A DNA stretch of 64,000 nt. It comes from Octopus sinensis (lineage: Eukaryota). Below, in pieces: positions 12,191 through 24,619 of the stretch. Position 1 is the first letter of the stretch. Each line of letters starts with the position of its first letter. The DNA is taken from assembly GCF_006345805.1 (NCBI RefSeq), contig NC_043000.1, forward strand, positions 66,898,001 through 66,962,000, in the 5' to 3' direction. The translations under genes were made by a program, and so were the position numbers. Below the pieces are notes generated by a model. The model was not told the DNA's origin. It searched no databases and was given only the letters and a program-made list of their open reading frames with translations.

Positions 12191-12362
12191 TAGCTATTAC
12201 GTGGTAGCAGGATGTGCTAGAAATAGCAGCCAAATCTTTGGAGCTGAGATATGGCGAAAAAGTTTTTGTAATAGTATTCCTTTGGGGGCGATCTTTCGCT
12301 TTGACTCTCAGAGCTGTCGCTTTGACTCTCAGAATTGTCATGCAGATCAGCTGGTTTTGTTC

Positions 12363-12517
12363 GTTAATTTCCGTAAAAAATTTTTTATTTACTTTTGTTT
12401 TAAAGTGAAAGAGAGAAAGTGAAAGATGCATGAACGTGTATATGAAATGGACGTGTGTGAGAAAGAGAGAGTGAGAGAGAGAGAGAGAGAGCCACTTACA
12501 CACGTTGATTCACTCAC

Positions 12518-12551
<34 letters not shown>

Positions 12552-12812
12552 GCACGTACATACAAAAAAGATGCACGCATATGTATTGATGTATGCACGT
12601 ATACATGACAACACACCCCTTCCCTCACTCTCTTTCTCTTTCTCTTTCTCTCTCTTTCTTCCTCTCTCTCTCTCTCTCTCTCTCTTCCACACACACACAC
12701 ACACACACACAAATACATACATCCATTTCATATACACATACATCTTTCACTTTCTCCTCTCTTACACTTTAAAACAAAAATAAATAAACAAAATCTTTTT
12801 ATGGAAATTAAC
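12363..12812. repeat. Imperfect inverted repeat around (GA)/(CA) microsatellites (MITE-like)
   Basis: GTTAATTTCCGTAAAA...GAAAGTGAAAGATG...TATATGAAATGGA (12363-12490) mirrored at ~12670-12812. Confidence 0.6.
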
Positions 12813-12851
12813 AACTTGAAAATAATAAAAAAACATTAAAATATTGTCTGT

Positions 12852-13073
12852 TTAACCCTTTAGTGTTTAAACCGGCCACATCCGGCCCAAATATTCTACG
12901 TTTTACATTTCAACTAGCCATATCTAGCCGCTCGCACCTAACCTACATTGAAATTCTAAAAATAAATAAATCATTGAGATTTCAAAACTATGAGATAATG
13001 CATGATTAATTCAAAACAACTTGAGTGAAAAAGTATTACATTTAACAGAGTAATCTGAACATTAAAGGGTTAA
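12852..13073. mobile_element. piggyBac-type MITE
   Basis: TTAA|CCCTTT...AAAGGG|TTAA; older relatives at ~36932-37140, ~39400-39597, ~46784-46925, ~50932-51159. Confidence 0.75.
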
Positions 13074-13539
13074 AGAAAGCTAAAATATAGATACTTATTG
13101 TACAAACAACTTACATTTTTGAAATCCCATTCAGTTTAGAATATTTCTAAATGATTAAAATATTGTGTACGTCAAAAAGTCAACGTTCTTAGAGAGCGTG
13201 GAGACTGTGTGTGTATATGTCACAGATAGCGGACATGTGTTTGTGTTGATTGACATGCCATGACATTTGTTATATGTGGGTGTATTCTGTATGTGTGTAT
13301 GTGTGTTGACATCACGAAAGCCCTGTTTATTTTTATCGTCAAGAAATAACAAACAAAAATTGTGCTTACTCGTTTTCATTAATAAAAGATGTCCAAATGT
13401 CACAAAAATGTGTACTACACTGCCGAAGGTAAGTATGAAAATAACTATGCAAAAAAAAAAAGATAAAATATACTATTCTGAGATATTTCAGATACAAACA
13501 AACATCTCTAGAGTTTTAGAATTATTCAGATTGCATTTC

Positions 13540-14836
13540 TAAATTCATTGGTGAATCACTAAAAGCGTAACCTGCTGAGCTGAAGAAACGTTCCAAGATG
13601 TTGGACGTTGGACGTTGGTAACAAAAATCTACAATTCAGATATAGCTGAGCTGAAATTTTATCTTTTTTGTTTCTTTTCAAACAAATTGAAGCAAAATCA
13701 TCATCTTCTACAGGTAAATTAGACTGTTGTGACGTGTCCGTCACCACTTTCAGCTGATGTAGAGCAGCCACTTTATATGTTGTAAAATTTTCACAACACC
13801 ACTTTCAAAATTTGTGCTGTGCACAATGGCTGCCGATGGAAGTAAATATCACTTTTAACTCCTCGTAAAGATACGATGCCAGAATTTCGTCAAAAAGAAC
13901 TCGGGCATCTCTCAAATATATTTCTGTTCTTTACAAGGCAACTGTTACTGAGCGTAACTTTCCTAAATTGTCTTTTAGAGTCTAAAGATCATTATGACCG
14001 CATAGAGTGAACAGATAATCAACCAGCTTTGGATCGCCTTGAAAAGAGTGTAAAAACGGCTTGAGTTGGATGTACCTCACAATTATGTCTCATAAGTACT
14101 GGACCAACAGGTTTTATTTCTTTGTATAGGTTGCAAAGGCGTTTTTTCCCGAAGTTTACCCGTAAATTTTGATGATTTTAGCTTGCCCATCAAGATATTA
14201 ATTTTATCAAGCAGAACTTCCTGCTTGTCGAGATAAGCAGAAACAGCTAGATTAAATTTATGAGAGGCACATCCAATCAATGATATTCTACACAAATTCG
14301 CTACAGATTTGTTTACTTCAGTATTATCTCCGGTAATAGCTACAACATTTTCTAAATTTTTGTTATAGATACTTAACACATTCTCTATAAATTCAACATA
14401 ATCAGAAGCAGCGAATGATGTTTCACTTACCATTGGCAAAAATGCCAGCAAAACAGTACAATAGTCGTTTTGATAATTGTATGAACAAGATGCAAAAAGT
14501 CCAGTGAAATGCATCAAACCCTTAGTCCAACCGTCAATTACAAACGAAACTTTACTTGGAAGTTCATCAGATATTTTCTTTTCCACTTCTTGAGTAAGTT
14601 TCTCCAAGTATTTCTTTAAGGTCACATTTGTCATACTTCTCAAATATGTGTACTTATGAGTCAGTGGGTCTTCAGTAAAGGAAAATGGTTTTAAACCAAC
14701 ACATACCCACTCAATCCAACCATAAACATTTAAGGCCGAGCGACTGACCAAACAAATTCTTGGTCAAAGAAAACTCAATAAAGATGGTTGTCCAGTTGCT
14801 TGTGTAGTAGAATACTCTGGATGCTGGACTAGTGCA
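13540..14836 (-). pseudogene. hAT-family transposase relic
   Basis: IDGW, TGDN, CASHKFNLAV (CxxH), RNKTCWSSTY (R-W-S motif) and LLPTSN dimerisation-type segment; stops and frameshifts. Confidence 0.8.
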
Positions 14837-14839
14837 TGC

Positions 14840-17680
14840 AGGACCGTCTCGTCGTCCTACACGCATCTCGGACATGCTCGGCTGACGGCACTTCCGTGCC
14901 TGTAGGGTTTATCTCGAACAGGCAAAGCTCCCCGGTAGTACTACCAGGCCAGTCTCTGTTTTACGCAGGACTACAGCTCCGTTAAAGAAACTAGCTGTGG
15001 AAATAGTGTCTGGCGAACGGTGACCACACCTGTTCACCGTCAAGGAAGCACTGGGGATGTCGTAGCCTCAGCGCATGTTTGCGCATCATCAACCACAGTA
15101 TGCCAAGGCCACCGCGCAGCAGATGCTGACAGCAGATAGAACGCTTGATGATCGGGACGCGACCCTTCCACAAGAATCGGAAGAGTATACGCTCCAGCGT
15201 AATCAGACTGTGGCCAGGACAAGGCACACCGGTCAGGTAACAGTAGATGACGGACGCGATACATGCATTAGCCACCTCTGCTTTCAGGAGAGCTTTCAGG
15301 GAGAGCTTTCTCTCAGCCCATTTCCGGATGAGACTAGTCACCTTTCTCGTTACCTCGTTACCCAATTTTTGTCCATCTGGAGATCCGTAACGAACCAGAC
15401 CCCGAGTAATTTAACTGGTCCGTCTGTCCAGCACCCAGCAACGTGAATGGACGGCATAGACTTACTTTTCCAGGTGCCCAGTTGCAAGTCCACTGATTTT
15501 TCCTAGTTAATTAGTTCGTAGTTCCTGAGAATGGTGCCGATCATTTCTATGTGTTTATGATCCGACACCGCTATGGTGACGTCGTCGGCATATGCCGACA
15601 TGCATCTCCCACATCTTAGGTCACGCGTAATGCCTCTCAACGACCCCGGTTTGTGTAGTAGTGGCTCGAGAGTCAGTACGTACAAGAGAGACGAGAGGGG
15701 ATAACCTTTCCAGACCGAGGGCATAATGCTGAACGGCTCTGAGAGGTGACCATTCACTCTGACCACCGAACAGATGTCACTTGTGCATTGCAGCGATCCA
15801 GCCCCTGAATACAGGCCCGAAACCAACTGCCTTGAGGACTGCCACCAGGTGTAGATGGTCGACCCTACAGAAAGCTTTAGACTGATCTAAATTGATCAGG
15901 GCCCCACCTGCGCCAGGTTCTTTAGCCACTTCTTCAATAATGTATCGCATGAGGTGGAGGTTGTCGGCGATGAATCTTTTTGGGATGGCACATGTCTGTG
16001 CCTCCTTTACCAGATCCTCGATATAAATCGCCAACATCGTGGCTAACACCTTGACCAAAATTTTAAACTCTGCATTCAGCAGAGCTATGGGTCTAAAGTT
16101 ATCAATACGATCCCCCTTATTCAGGTCTTTTCTCAGAAATGCCACTACTCCTCGGTTCACAAAACTGGGAATTTTTCCTTTTTGTTGCCAGTTGCAGTAA
16201 ACGCTTGCTAAGAGGTCGCCGAACAAGTCAGGCATGTAAGCGTAAAGCTTGAAGGACAGACCATCCAAACCAGACGATTTACCCCTCGTTCCGCAAGCCA
16301 TTGCTTCTCCTATTGCAAAGGCTGTCATCGGCCGTTCGCAACACTCCACCTCCGTCGCCAAGAGCCGCACCAACCGTCGAGGTAAGACGTGAAATTCTCC
16401 TTGCGACCCGGCTAACCGTTGTTCCCAAACAGTTGAGCGAAGTACCATTGAAAGGCCACACACATCTATCTCGGATCAGTTATCATTTGCCCTTCGTGGT
16501 CAGGTAAGGATCGGATCGTGGATTTATTTCCACGCCTTGACTCTATCACTCGGGCCCATTGAACGACTTTTACCCCTTTGTCTCTAAGTGCTTGTGCCTT
16601 AGATCTGACAATGTAACCTTCGTGTTTCGCGTTGAAAATTTGGTCGAGTACCAATCTCACGGCGAGCACGACGGTCGCGATGCCTTTTCTAAAAGCCTCG
16701 TCTAACTTCTTGACTATATCTGTCTCTTCTCTGTTTCTTTCTACTGTTACTCCATTTCTAAACCTTTTCGGTTCTATTCTTATCACCCTTTTCAAGGCTA
16801 ATCACCATTTATTGTTGATTATTGCCCCGTCAGCGTCCACTTAATTAGTTCACTATTCCGGTCCCTGAAATCTTTACGCGCCAGCAACGACGTGTTCGGC
16901 TTCCAGTAACCGGGTCCCTATCTATGAAGCCTATCTAAGTCGACAGTACAGATCACGAATTTGTGGTCTGTGTAGTCGACTATTTTAAACTGTGGATAAC
17001 CCAAGCTATCCTTATCTGTTACTCTACAAAATATCCTATCTAGATACAATCTGGATGTCCCGATGCTGTTTGATCAGGTTCACGCTGGCACATCCGGGAA
17101 ATCCAGTCGATACCTGTCAGACAGTTGGAATCGCCTGCGCAGGTTTGCGAGGCTTTAGCACCCTCCTCTCCTATCCGCTAAACCTACACAGTCCTACCTT
17201 ACATCTAAAACTCCGTTCCAATCCCCCATCAACACTAAAGAGCGAGACGTTCCCATGAAAGTTTCCAGACTTCTGAAGAAACCCAGTCGTCCTGCTCCTA
17301 TCAGGATATAGACGGCAGCTAGTCTGAAAGTATGTCCTTCGCTACCTGTCACGTCCAGGACCACCGACATACACTCCGGATCCAGGAAGATCGTCCGTAT
17401 TGTAAGATCCAGATTTTTCCGAACCATCAGGGCGACTCCACTTCCCGCTCCCGGACGATTTGGAGATGCGTACACCTCATGGTCACCGAAAATAGATCGG
17501 AAATCCCGTTAGTCGGAAATTCTGGTTTCACTAATGGCCACCAGGTCGACATTCAATTCTTTGAGATCGTTGAGCAGATGACTCCGTTTCCAAGGCGACC
17601 TCAAGCCACTTACATTCACGCTGTCTATTCTGTACATAACCATGTTGTCGGAAAAAGAAAGAAAAGAAAAGGAAAACTTG
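14840..17680 (-). mobile_element. L1/Tx1-clade LINE ORF2 relic (APE endonuclease + RT), 3'-truncated
   Basis: SVNVSGL..., VAISET, GSGVALMV, MGDWN; GLDGL, NFRPIALLNAEFKIL, LDQSKAF, GYPLS, AYADD; several frameshifts; ATG at 17643. Confidence 0.85.
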
Positions 17681-19474
17681 CTTAATAACAACAACAACAG
17701 CAACATCGACAAGAGCAACAACAATAATAATGTTTTCTTTGTCAACCATAAAGGCTTACAAAACGAGATGGCAGACGATACAATATATGACGTGTGGTTG
17801 TATGAAGGTGTGTTAACAGTGACTCGCAAATTACAAAGAAACAAAATAATTCAAGCAAGAAAAAAAATCCCCAGAAGTGAAATTTTCGAGGATTGTTCGT
17901 GGTAGCCTGCTCTGAGCATTAAAACAAATACCCTCTCTCTATCCACCTTTCTCAATCTACAGGCGAATGCTCAGAGCTTAGCTGAATAAGTTTGTGGCTT
18001 ACGATACACACCACCGAAAACCTACTGTTCCCGTAACACACACATGTATGTGTGTGTGTCTGTGTGCTTGTGATTGTCCCCACCATCATTTCACAACCGG
18101 TATTGGTCTGTTTACTTAGCGGTTCGATAAAAGAGACCAGTAAAATAAGTAACGGGCTTATTGTAACTGATTGAAATAAGTAAAGGATAAAAGATAGACA
18201 AAGTTTTGCGTGTCTGTTACATACAGTGCAGGCTAAAATCTATAGATATATTCCATAGTACGGTACGGTATTGCACAGTCTGAAATTTATTTGGGAAACT
18301 CAATTACTTTCAGTTTAAATTTCACATATTGAATTCTGTTTTTTTTTTTTTAATTTGTTTTTCTGTGATATGATGTTGGAATAGATTTACAGTTTATAAA
18401 CTGATGAAGAACTACGATTACATTTTTATCGACTAACGATGGATGTAAACATAAAATGTAAAGACCAATTGTGCTATCTTTCTATCGCATCTCAATTGCT
18501 GTACTTAATGTTAAATTAACCTACCATTGCAAAGTTCAGCCACGCATCAACTTACTGGTGCATTTTTAAGTCAGCTAATCTGTGCAATGATTTCTTTGGG
18601 GATGGGGAACGAAGTGTAACCGAAATGTTACAGAACAACAGGACGACTAAAAACGAATAGAGTATATGCGTGTTCACATTTCTTCGAGAATAAACAGAGG
18701 TATTTTACATTGTAAATAAGAAGTTAAGCATTAAATCTTGAACATGTTAAATGTTGTATCTCATTTTTATATAAACGTTAATATCACGATAGTGCTTGAT
18801 ATCATGAGATAAAAATAATTAAAACATATGAACAGTAAAGCATCTAAATATTCCCAAAATAACACATCTTATATGTACGGGCGTTTATAAGACTTTATAA
18901 AGACTCTAGGCCTTGATACCTCAAAGTTTCCTCTTTTTTGTTATACATAAAATGTTCAGCCTCCAAAACCTTGAGTCTCATGTGGATATTTACATATATA
19001 CAGATTATGTTGCTCCCAGTAGCAAAGGACAAAATGAAAGTGAAAAAAGTTCGTGTTTTGAACAATGATGCAATGACATCTTAAAAATACCGTTGGAACG
19101 AACTGACAGTTGGAAATGAAGTCAAGCTATATATTACATTTTACGTGTTAAAGTCACCTCTACAGATTTTGTATGCGAGACGTCAGATTTAAACAATGAG
19201 ATCGAAGATGAAAATATGGGTACTGGGTGTATATGCCATATTTAACGAGTTTGTTGTTCTTTCAACAGCACCCGTCTAAACCAATAATCATCCACGAACT
19301 CATTCGTTAAATAGCCACTGCATATAACGGTGTAACGTCGTCATTGGATATACCAATTAAACACATTCCGGGAAGCTAGTACATAAATACAAGTCATTAA
19401 CAGTACATTTCATACCTCCTCTGGACACAATCGTGCTTTTAGTAGTTAGGCGTTCATAGAAATACATAAGCATT

Positions 19475-20277
19475 GGATCTTTACTTTTTGACTGACAGAT
19501 TTAAAACGTAATTTTTTGTAACTAAACACTTTCAAACTTCGGACACCGGTAGAATATGTCATATAAAACATCTTTTACTCGTAGCATTTTTGAGAAAAAC
19601 TTATATTTACGATGTTATTTCACGTTAAAGTTGTCCTATTTCGGTAATTTCAACCAATCAATGACGTGCATTCAGCTGAATAAAATTACTGCTGTTGTTT
19701 GTCAACAAGAACTTCCGGCGGTGTATATTTCGTTTGTCACTGTTATTTACGACAACCCTAACCCTAAAACCCTAACTCTAGCCCTAAAGCCTTAACCCTA
19801 ACCCTAAAACCCTAACCGTAACCCTAAAACCCTTACCCTAACTCTAAAACCCTAACCCTAACCGTAAAACCTTAACCCTAAAACCCTAACTCTAACACCC
19901 TAACCCTAACACTAAGCCTAAAACCCTAACCGTAACCCTAAACCCTAACCTTAAAACTCTAACCCTAACCCTAAGACCTTAAAACCAGTACAAATGCACG
20001 AACGATGTCATAAATAACAGTGGCAAACGAAAAATACACCACCGATAGTTGTTGACAAACAACGGCAGTAATTTTATTCAGTCCAATACACGTCATTGAT
20101 TAATTGAAATTACCGAAATACGAGAACTTTAGCGTGAAGTAACTTCGTAAATATAAATTTTTCTCAAAAATGCTAAGTGTAAAAGATGTTTTATATGACA
20201 CATTCTACCACTGTCCGAAGTTTGAAAGTGTTTAGTTATAATTTTTTTTTTTCATCTAGGTCAAAAGGTAAAGATCC
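19475..20277. mobile_element. Long-TIR non-autonomous DNA transposon with telomere-like core and 8-bp TSD
   Basis: GGATCTTTAC...GTAAAGATCC termini, ~280-bp inverted arms, TAAGCATT at 19467-19474 and 20278-20285. Confidence 0.9.
19754..19985. repeat. Interstitial telomere-like array (CCCTAA / CCCTAAAA mix)
   Basis: Degenerate AACCCT units interspersed with AAAACCCT, entirely inside the TIR element. Confidence 0.9.
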
Positions 20278-20609
20278 TAAGCATTTTATGTATTCATCAG
20301 TGGAATTATAAAGGGTCTAGTATGAGGATATTGATACTACGATATACCAGCGATGTAAGGAAACATCAAGAAGAGAAAATACGGTTGAACTGTGATAACA
20401 ATTATAGAAATTTTGCAAATATAACGAAGTTATTTCTTTCGAGCAAACGATTGCAGAGAGCCCAGTAAAACTTAAAATAAACGTAAATTACATATTGAAA
20501 TAAATGTATAATGTATTCGGAGAAATTCTGAGATAACCTAATCAGAGCAACATAATTAGTCTAATTACAATAAAGTAATCAAAGAACAAATACCAAGTGT
20601 AAATTTGTG

Positions 20610-20681
<72 letters not shown>

Positions 20682-20856
20682 GTTTAAATATTTGTTGTGC
20701 AAGATTTTTTATGTGAAGTCGTGTGTTGAAACAGATATTGTTATATTTCGGAATGGTCATATTGCCAGTTTAGCCAATAAAAACACACGCACTATATATT
20801 TGGTGTTATTTTGCTTCAGTGATATTTATTTTTTACATCAATTTTAATCTTATTTC

Positions 20857-20901
20857 GGCCAGAGTTCTTTCGTCACACTCCTGTGACCGCATCAGTGGTC
20901 C
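20857..20901 (-). ncRNA. Minimal HHR-like motif in PLE tail (non-canonical position 9)
   Basis: GGACCA-CUGAUGCG-GUCAC-AGGAGU-GUGAC-GAAA-GAAC-UC-UGGCC. Confidence 0.6.
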
Positions 20902-21410
20902 TTTGTTTTCTTCTTTCGTATTTGTGTCTCTCCTTACTAACCGTCAGCCATTTTGTATTTCTATTGCATGTCTTCATTTGCGCATGCTTATATCTCTATG
21001 TGCGTCTATGTTTATTTAGTGTATGTGTGTGGGGATGCCTGTAATATTTGTATCTTCTGTTTATATACATTCATGTAATTTGTATTTTGTTTTTGTTGTA
21101 GTTGCTTTTGATCTAATTTTGTTCATGTGTTTACATCCACCCATTATTATCATTACATATGCTTGTATGTATGTATAACAACAATATTAGTAATAATAAT
21201 AATAAATCTAATCGGAAAAAAAAAAATATATATATATATATACACATACATATACATACATAGATATATATACATATATATAGTTATTCATATATATATA
21301 TATATACATACATATACATACATAGATATATATACATATATATAGTTATTCATTTCTATTTGTTTATTTATCTGTGTATTTATTTAATATGTTTTCGGGA
21401 TCCTCTATCG

Positions 21411-22706
21411 TCATATGTTGTGGTGTGTGCTATTGCTCCATTCTAGTTTTCTATTCAGGCTAGGTTTATTTTCTATTATATGTGTAGCTTCTGTAATTTG
21501 TCTAATTGTTGCATCTGTTCTATGTGTGGACAATATCTTAATCTCTATGTTATTGATTGATCCCCCGTGTTCCTGTTCGGCGTGTTGGTACAGAATCGAC
21601 GAGCTCTTACCTTCCTTGAGTTGTCTCCAATGTTCATTCATCCGCTCTCCTATGCTTCTTGCCGTTTCCCCTACGTATGTTATTGTCTTGTTACTGCATC
21701 GTCCCTCTATACATCTTATACTATAGACTACATTTCTGGCTTTACAGTTTGTTTGTGGGCTAAATCTACATACAGTGCAATAGTTATCCGTACAGAGGGT
21801 TCTACTAAAAGGATAGGTTCTACCAATTATAGATTTGATAGGGTTGCCTGGCTTTTCAACAACCTTAATTCTTAGTTTAAGTTTATCTAGGGTCCTTCTA
21901 AAGCGGTACGCCAGTTCACCTCCAGGGGTGGTGTCAACGAACATGACACTCTGGTATTTATGGCTATCATACCAAGAGTTGGCCTTCCCTATTTTCTTTT
22001 TTGTCCTTTCAATAGTGTTCCATGACTTGTTCCTATAGAGTGGGCAAATCCCATTCCTATCATTACATAATATATTATCAAATTTCTTCATAGCTCCTTT
22101 GTATACTCTGATCCTTTCTTTATGGTTGTAACCTGAGAACTGCATGCGGTGAATGAAATACTGTATGTGTCTCTTTAATTCTGTAGGCTCGCACATGCGT
22201 GACACATTTCTCATTATTCTGACGAGGTCTGCCATCAAAATATTGAATTTGGCATTGCCCGCAATGGCTGAGTTCCGGTGGATCAGGTATTTTGAGGCCA
22301 TAGGTTTTGCATAGTATGAATGAAGGATTTGGGTTTTATTTTTCACAATTTCTAGCCAGAGTTCAGTGTCTAGTACTGGTAGTCTATGGTTGGGGTGTTT
22401 AGTGGGGTAGTCTATTGTGACCTTAATACTCTGGTGGATGGAGTTAGCTATTTGCTGGATGCTCTCCATAGTATTAGTTTCTATTACTATATCAACATTA
22501 CTCTCTTGTGGGTGTGCCTTTACTACTATGTTGATATCATCAACATAGCGAGAGTACATGTTTACGAGTATGGATTTCTGCAGTAGGCGTTCTTTAAGCC
22601 TTCTGTCCCACCATACCATGAAAAGGTTGGCCACATCACCAGCGATACTAACACCGATGGCTGCCCCCTCGTCCTGGGCATATATTTTATTATTAAATTT
22701 AAATGT
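21411..22706 (-). CDS. Penelope-like RT (C-terminal half) + GIY-YIG endonuclease, uninterrupted partial ORF
   Basis: FKFNNKIYAQDEGAAIG (RT motif 4), RYVDD, LPVLD, CxxxxCxxC linker, NVVYSIRC...YVGETARS...RMNEH...EATHI...LNRK. Confidence 0.9.
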   Translation of the reverse strand, partial: TFKFNNKIYAQDEGAAIGVSIAGDVANLFMVWWDRRLKERLLQKSILVNMYSRYVDDINIVVKAHPQESNVDIVIETNTMESIQQIANSIHQSIKVTIDYPTKHPNHRLPVLDTELWLEIVKNKTQILHSYYAKPMASKYLIHRNSAIAGNAKFNILMADLVRIMRNVSRMCEPTELKRHIQYFIHRMQFSGYNHKERIRVYKGAMKKFDNILCNDRNGICPLYRNKSWNTIERTKKKIGKANSWYDSHKYQSVMFVDTTPGGELAYRFRRTLDKLKLRIKVVEKPGNPIKSIIGRTYPFSRTLCTDNYCTVCRFSPQTNCKARNVVYSIRCIEGRCSNKTITYVGETARSIGERMNEHWRQLKEGKSSSILYQHAEQEHGGSINNIEIKILSTHRTDATIRQITEATHIIENKPSLNRKLEWSNSTHHNI

Positions 22707-22751
22707 GTGGCTAAACTGGCAATATGACCATTCCGAAATATAACAATATAT

Positions 22752-22811
<60 letters not shown>

Positions 22812-22816
<5 letters not shown>

Positions 22817-23524
22817 CAAACTAAAGTTATTGAACAAACAAATGCAAGGCCATCCGCATAGCATTTCATAATTCGAACATTTAATCATAGAATATACATA
22901 TAAACATCCCGCAAGATGGAACATAATTCATCTGTACAAGCATATAATAATAATAAGGTGCGAGAAAAAAAATTTTTTCATCACAGTTTACAGTTAATAC
23001 TTTAGCGATTCAGAAAAATACATTAAAAAAAAAAAAACACATTACAACACCTAGAGAGTAAAAATATAATATAAAGTAATATATAAAAATATATAGGTAT
23101 ATAAGAATATATAATATATATATATATAGGAGCATATAAAAAATATATAATATATATCATGTAAATAAAATAAAAGTTCATCGTTTAGAAATCTTATAAA
23201 ATTATTATTCAAGTAGGAGAAGCCTTATAGTTAAAAAGGTAACCATATTTACTTATCCCTATGGCCATTTCAGGGGTGTATTATTATGTTTAAAGCACTA
23301 GGGTGCATCAAGATAATACCTCCTTCGTCAGGGGAAAAAATACATAAAGACAGACATCATCGCGTACCAGTGTGCTTTCCTATTGAAGCATTCATGCTCG
23401 GATAAGCCCCAAAAGAAAGAATTAAAGCAGTAAAGGCTTCTCTTACTTGAATAATAATTTTATAAGATTTCTAAACGATGAACTTTTATTTTATTTACAT
23501 GATATATATTATATATTATATATG

Positions 23525-23606
<82 letters not shown>

Positions 23607-23908
23607 TTTTATATACCTATATATTTTTATATATTACTTTATATTATATTTTTACACTCTAGGTGTTGTAATGTGTTTTTTTTTTTAATGTATTTTTCTG
23701 AATCGCTAAAGTATTAACTCTAAACTGTCATGAAAAAAAATCTTTTCCTCGCACCTTATTATTATTATATGCTTATATGCTTGTGCAGATGAATTATGTT
23801 CCATCTTGCGGGATGTTTATATGTATATTCTATGATTAAATGTTCGAATTATGAAATGCTATGCGGATGACCTTGCATTTGTTTGTTCAATAACTTTAGT
23901 TTGATATA
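22812..23908. mobile_element. PLE-type fold-back (arms ~22812-23226 and ~23433-23908) with HHR in spacer
   Basis: ~410-470-bp high-identity inverted arms; spacer carries canonical HHR; adjacent to (TA)n. Confidence 0.8.
23256..23335 (-). ncRNA. Type I hammerhead ribozyme, canonical core
   Basis: UCCC-CUGACGA-AGG...GUAUUAU...AUAAUAC...CCU-GAAA-UGGCCA-UA-GGGA; palindromic stem III, AUA cleavage triplet. Confidence 0.85.
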
Positions 23909-23987
23909 TTTGTCTCTTTCAATAGAGCACTTCTATAGCAGTCCTATTAATCTTTTTGTTCCTGACAAGAAACAATCACTGTATTAT

Positions 23988-24045
<58 letters not shown>

Positions 24046-24104
24046 ATGTATGTTTGTTGTGTGTGTGTGTGTGTGTGTGAGTGTGTGTGTGTGTGTGTGT
24101 ATAA

Positions 24105-24285
24105 ACTGAGCACTCCATTTCATTGCTATTTAAAGGAGAACTGGAAGAGGTATTTAGACGATTGCTTTATCCTTTGGAAAGATAGCATGGACAAACTCAT
24201 CGATTTCGAAATAATGCTCAACAATATCAATAGCAACACACAATTCACCATAGAACACAACAACAAGCAACTATTCCTCTTAATT
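24105..24285 (+). pseudogene. Penelope-like RT fragment
   Basis: WKRYLDDCFILW...LNNINSNTQFTIE...L, the PLE RT motif 5-7 pattern. Confidence 0.75.
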
Positions 24286-24455
24286 CTACCTCAGTTCATC
24301 TAATTGTATATATTTATCGTTACTTTCATAAAAAAAGCCTTTATTTATTATTTTTCTTTCATATCCAATGTGCATTTTCTATTTTTTTTCTCTTTACTTT
24401 CCCTATATCTCTTTCACGTGTAGTTTCTGTTTTCTTTTTTAAACATATTTCTATC

Positions 24456-24494
<39 letters not shown>

Positions 24495-24515
24495 GTGTGT
24501 GTGTGTGTGTGTATG

Positions 24516-24572
<57 letters not shown>

Positions 24573-24583
24573 GATAGATAGAT

Positions 24584-24619
<36 letters not shown>

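Larger units (their letters stand above)
20690..22749 (-). mobile_element. 5'-truncated Penelope-like element with inverted terminal segment, in (TA)n
   Basis: RT-GIY-YIG frame, 3' tail with HHR-like motif, 42 bp at 20735-20776 repeated inverted at 22708-22749; (TA)n on both sides. Confidence 0.9.

Noticed and set aside
18400-19460. Possible decayed transposase or coding sequence (also ~8200-9330)
   Set aside because: No motif could be identified by eye; needs a translated search.
19754-19985. True telomere or chromosome-fusion scar
   Set aside because: Short, degenerate, single-orientation array enclosed by TIRs and a TSD.
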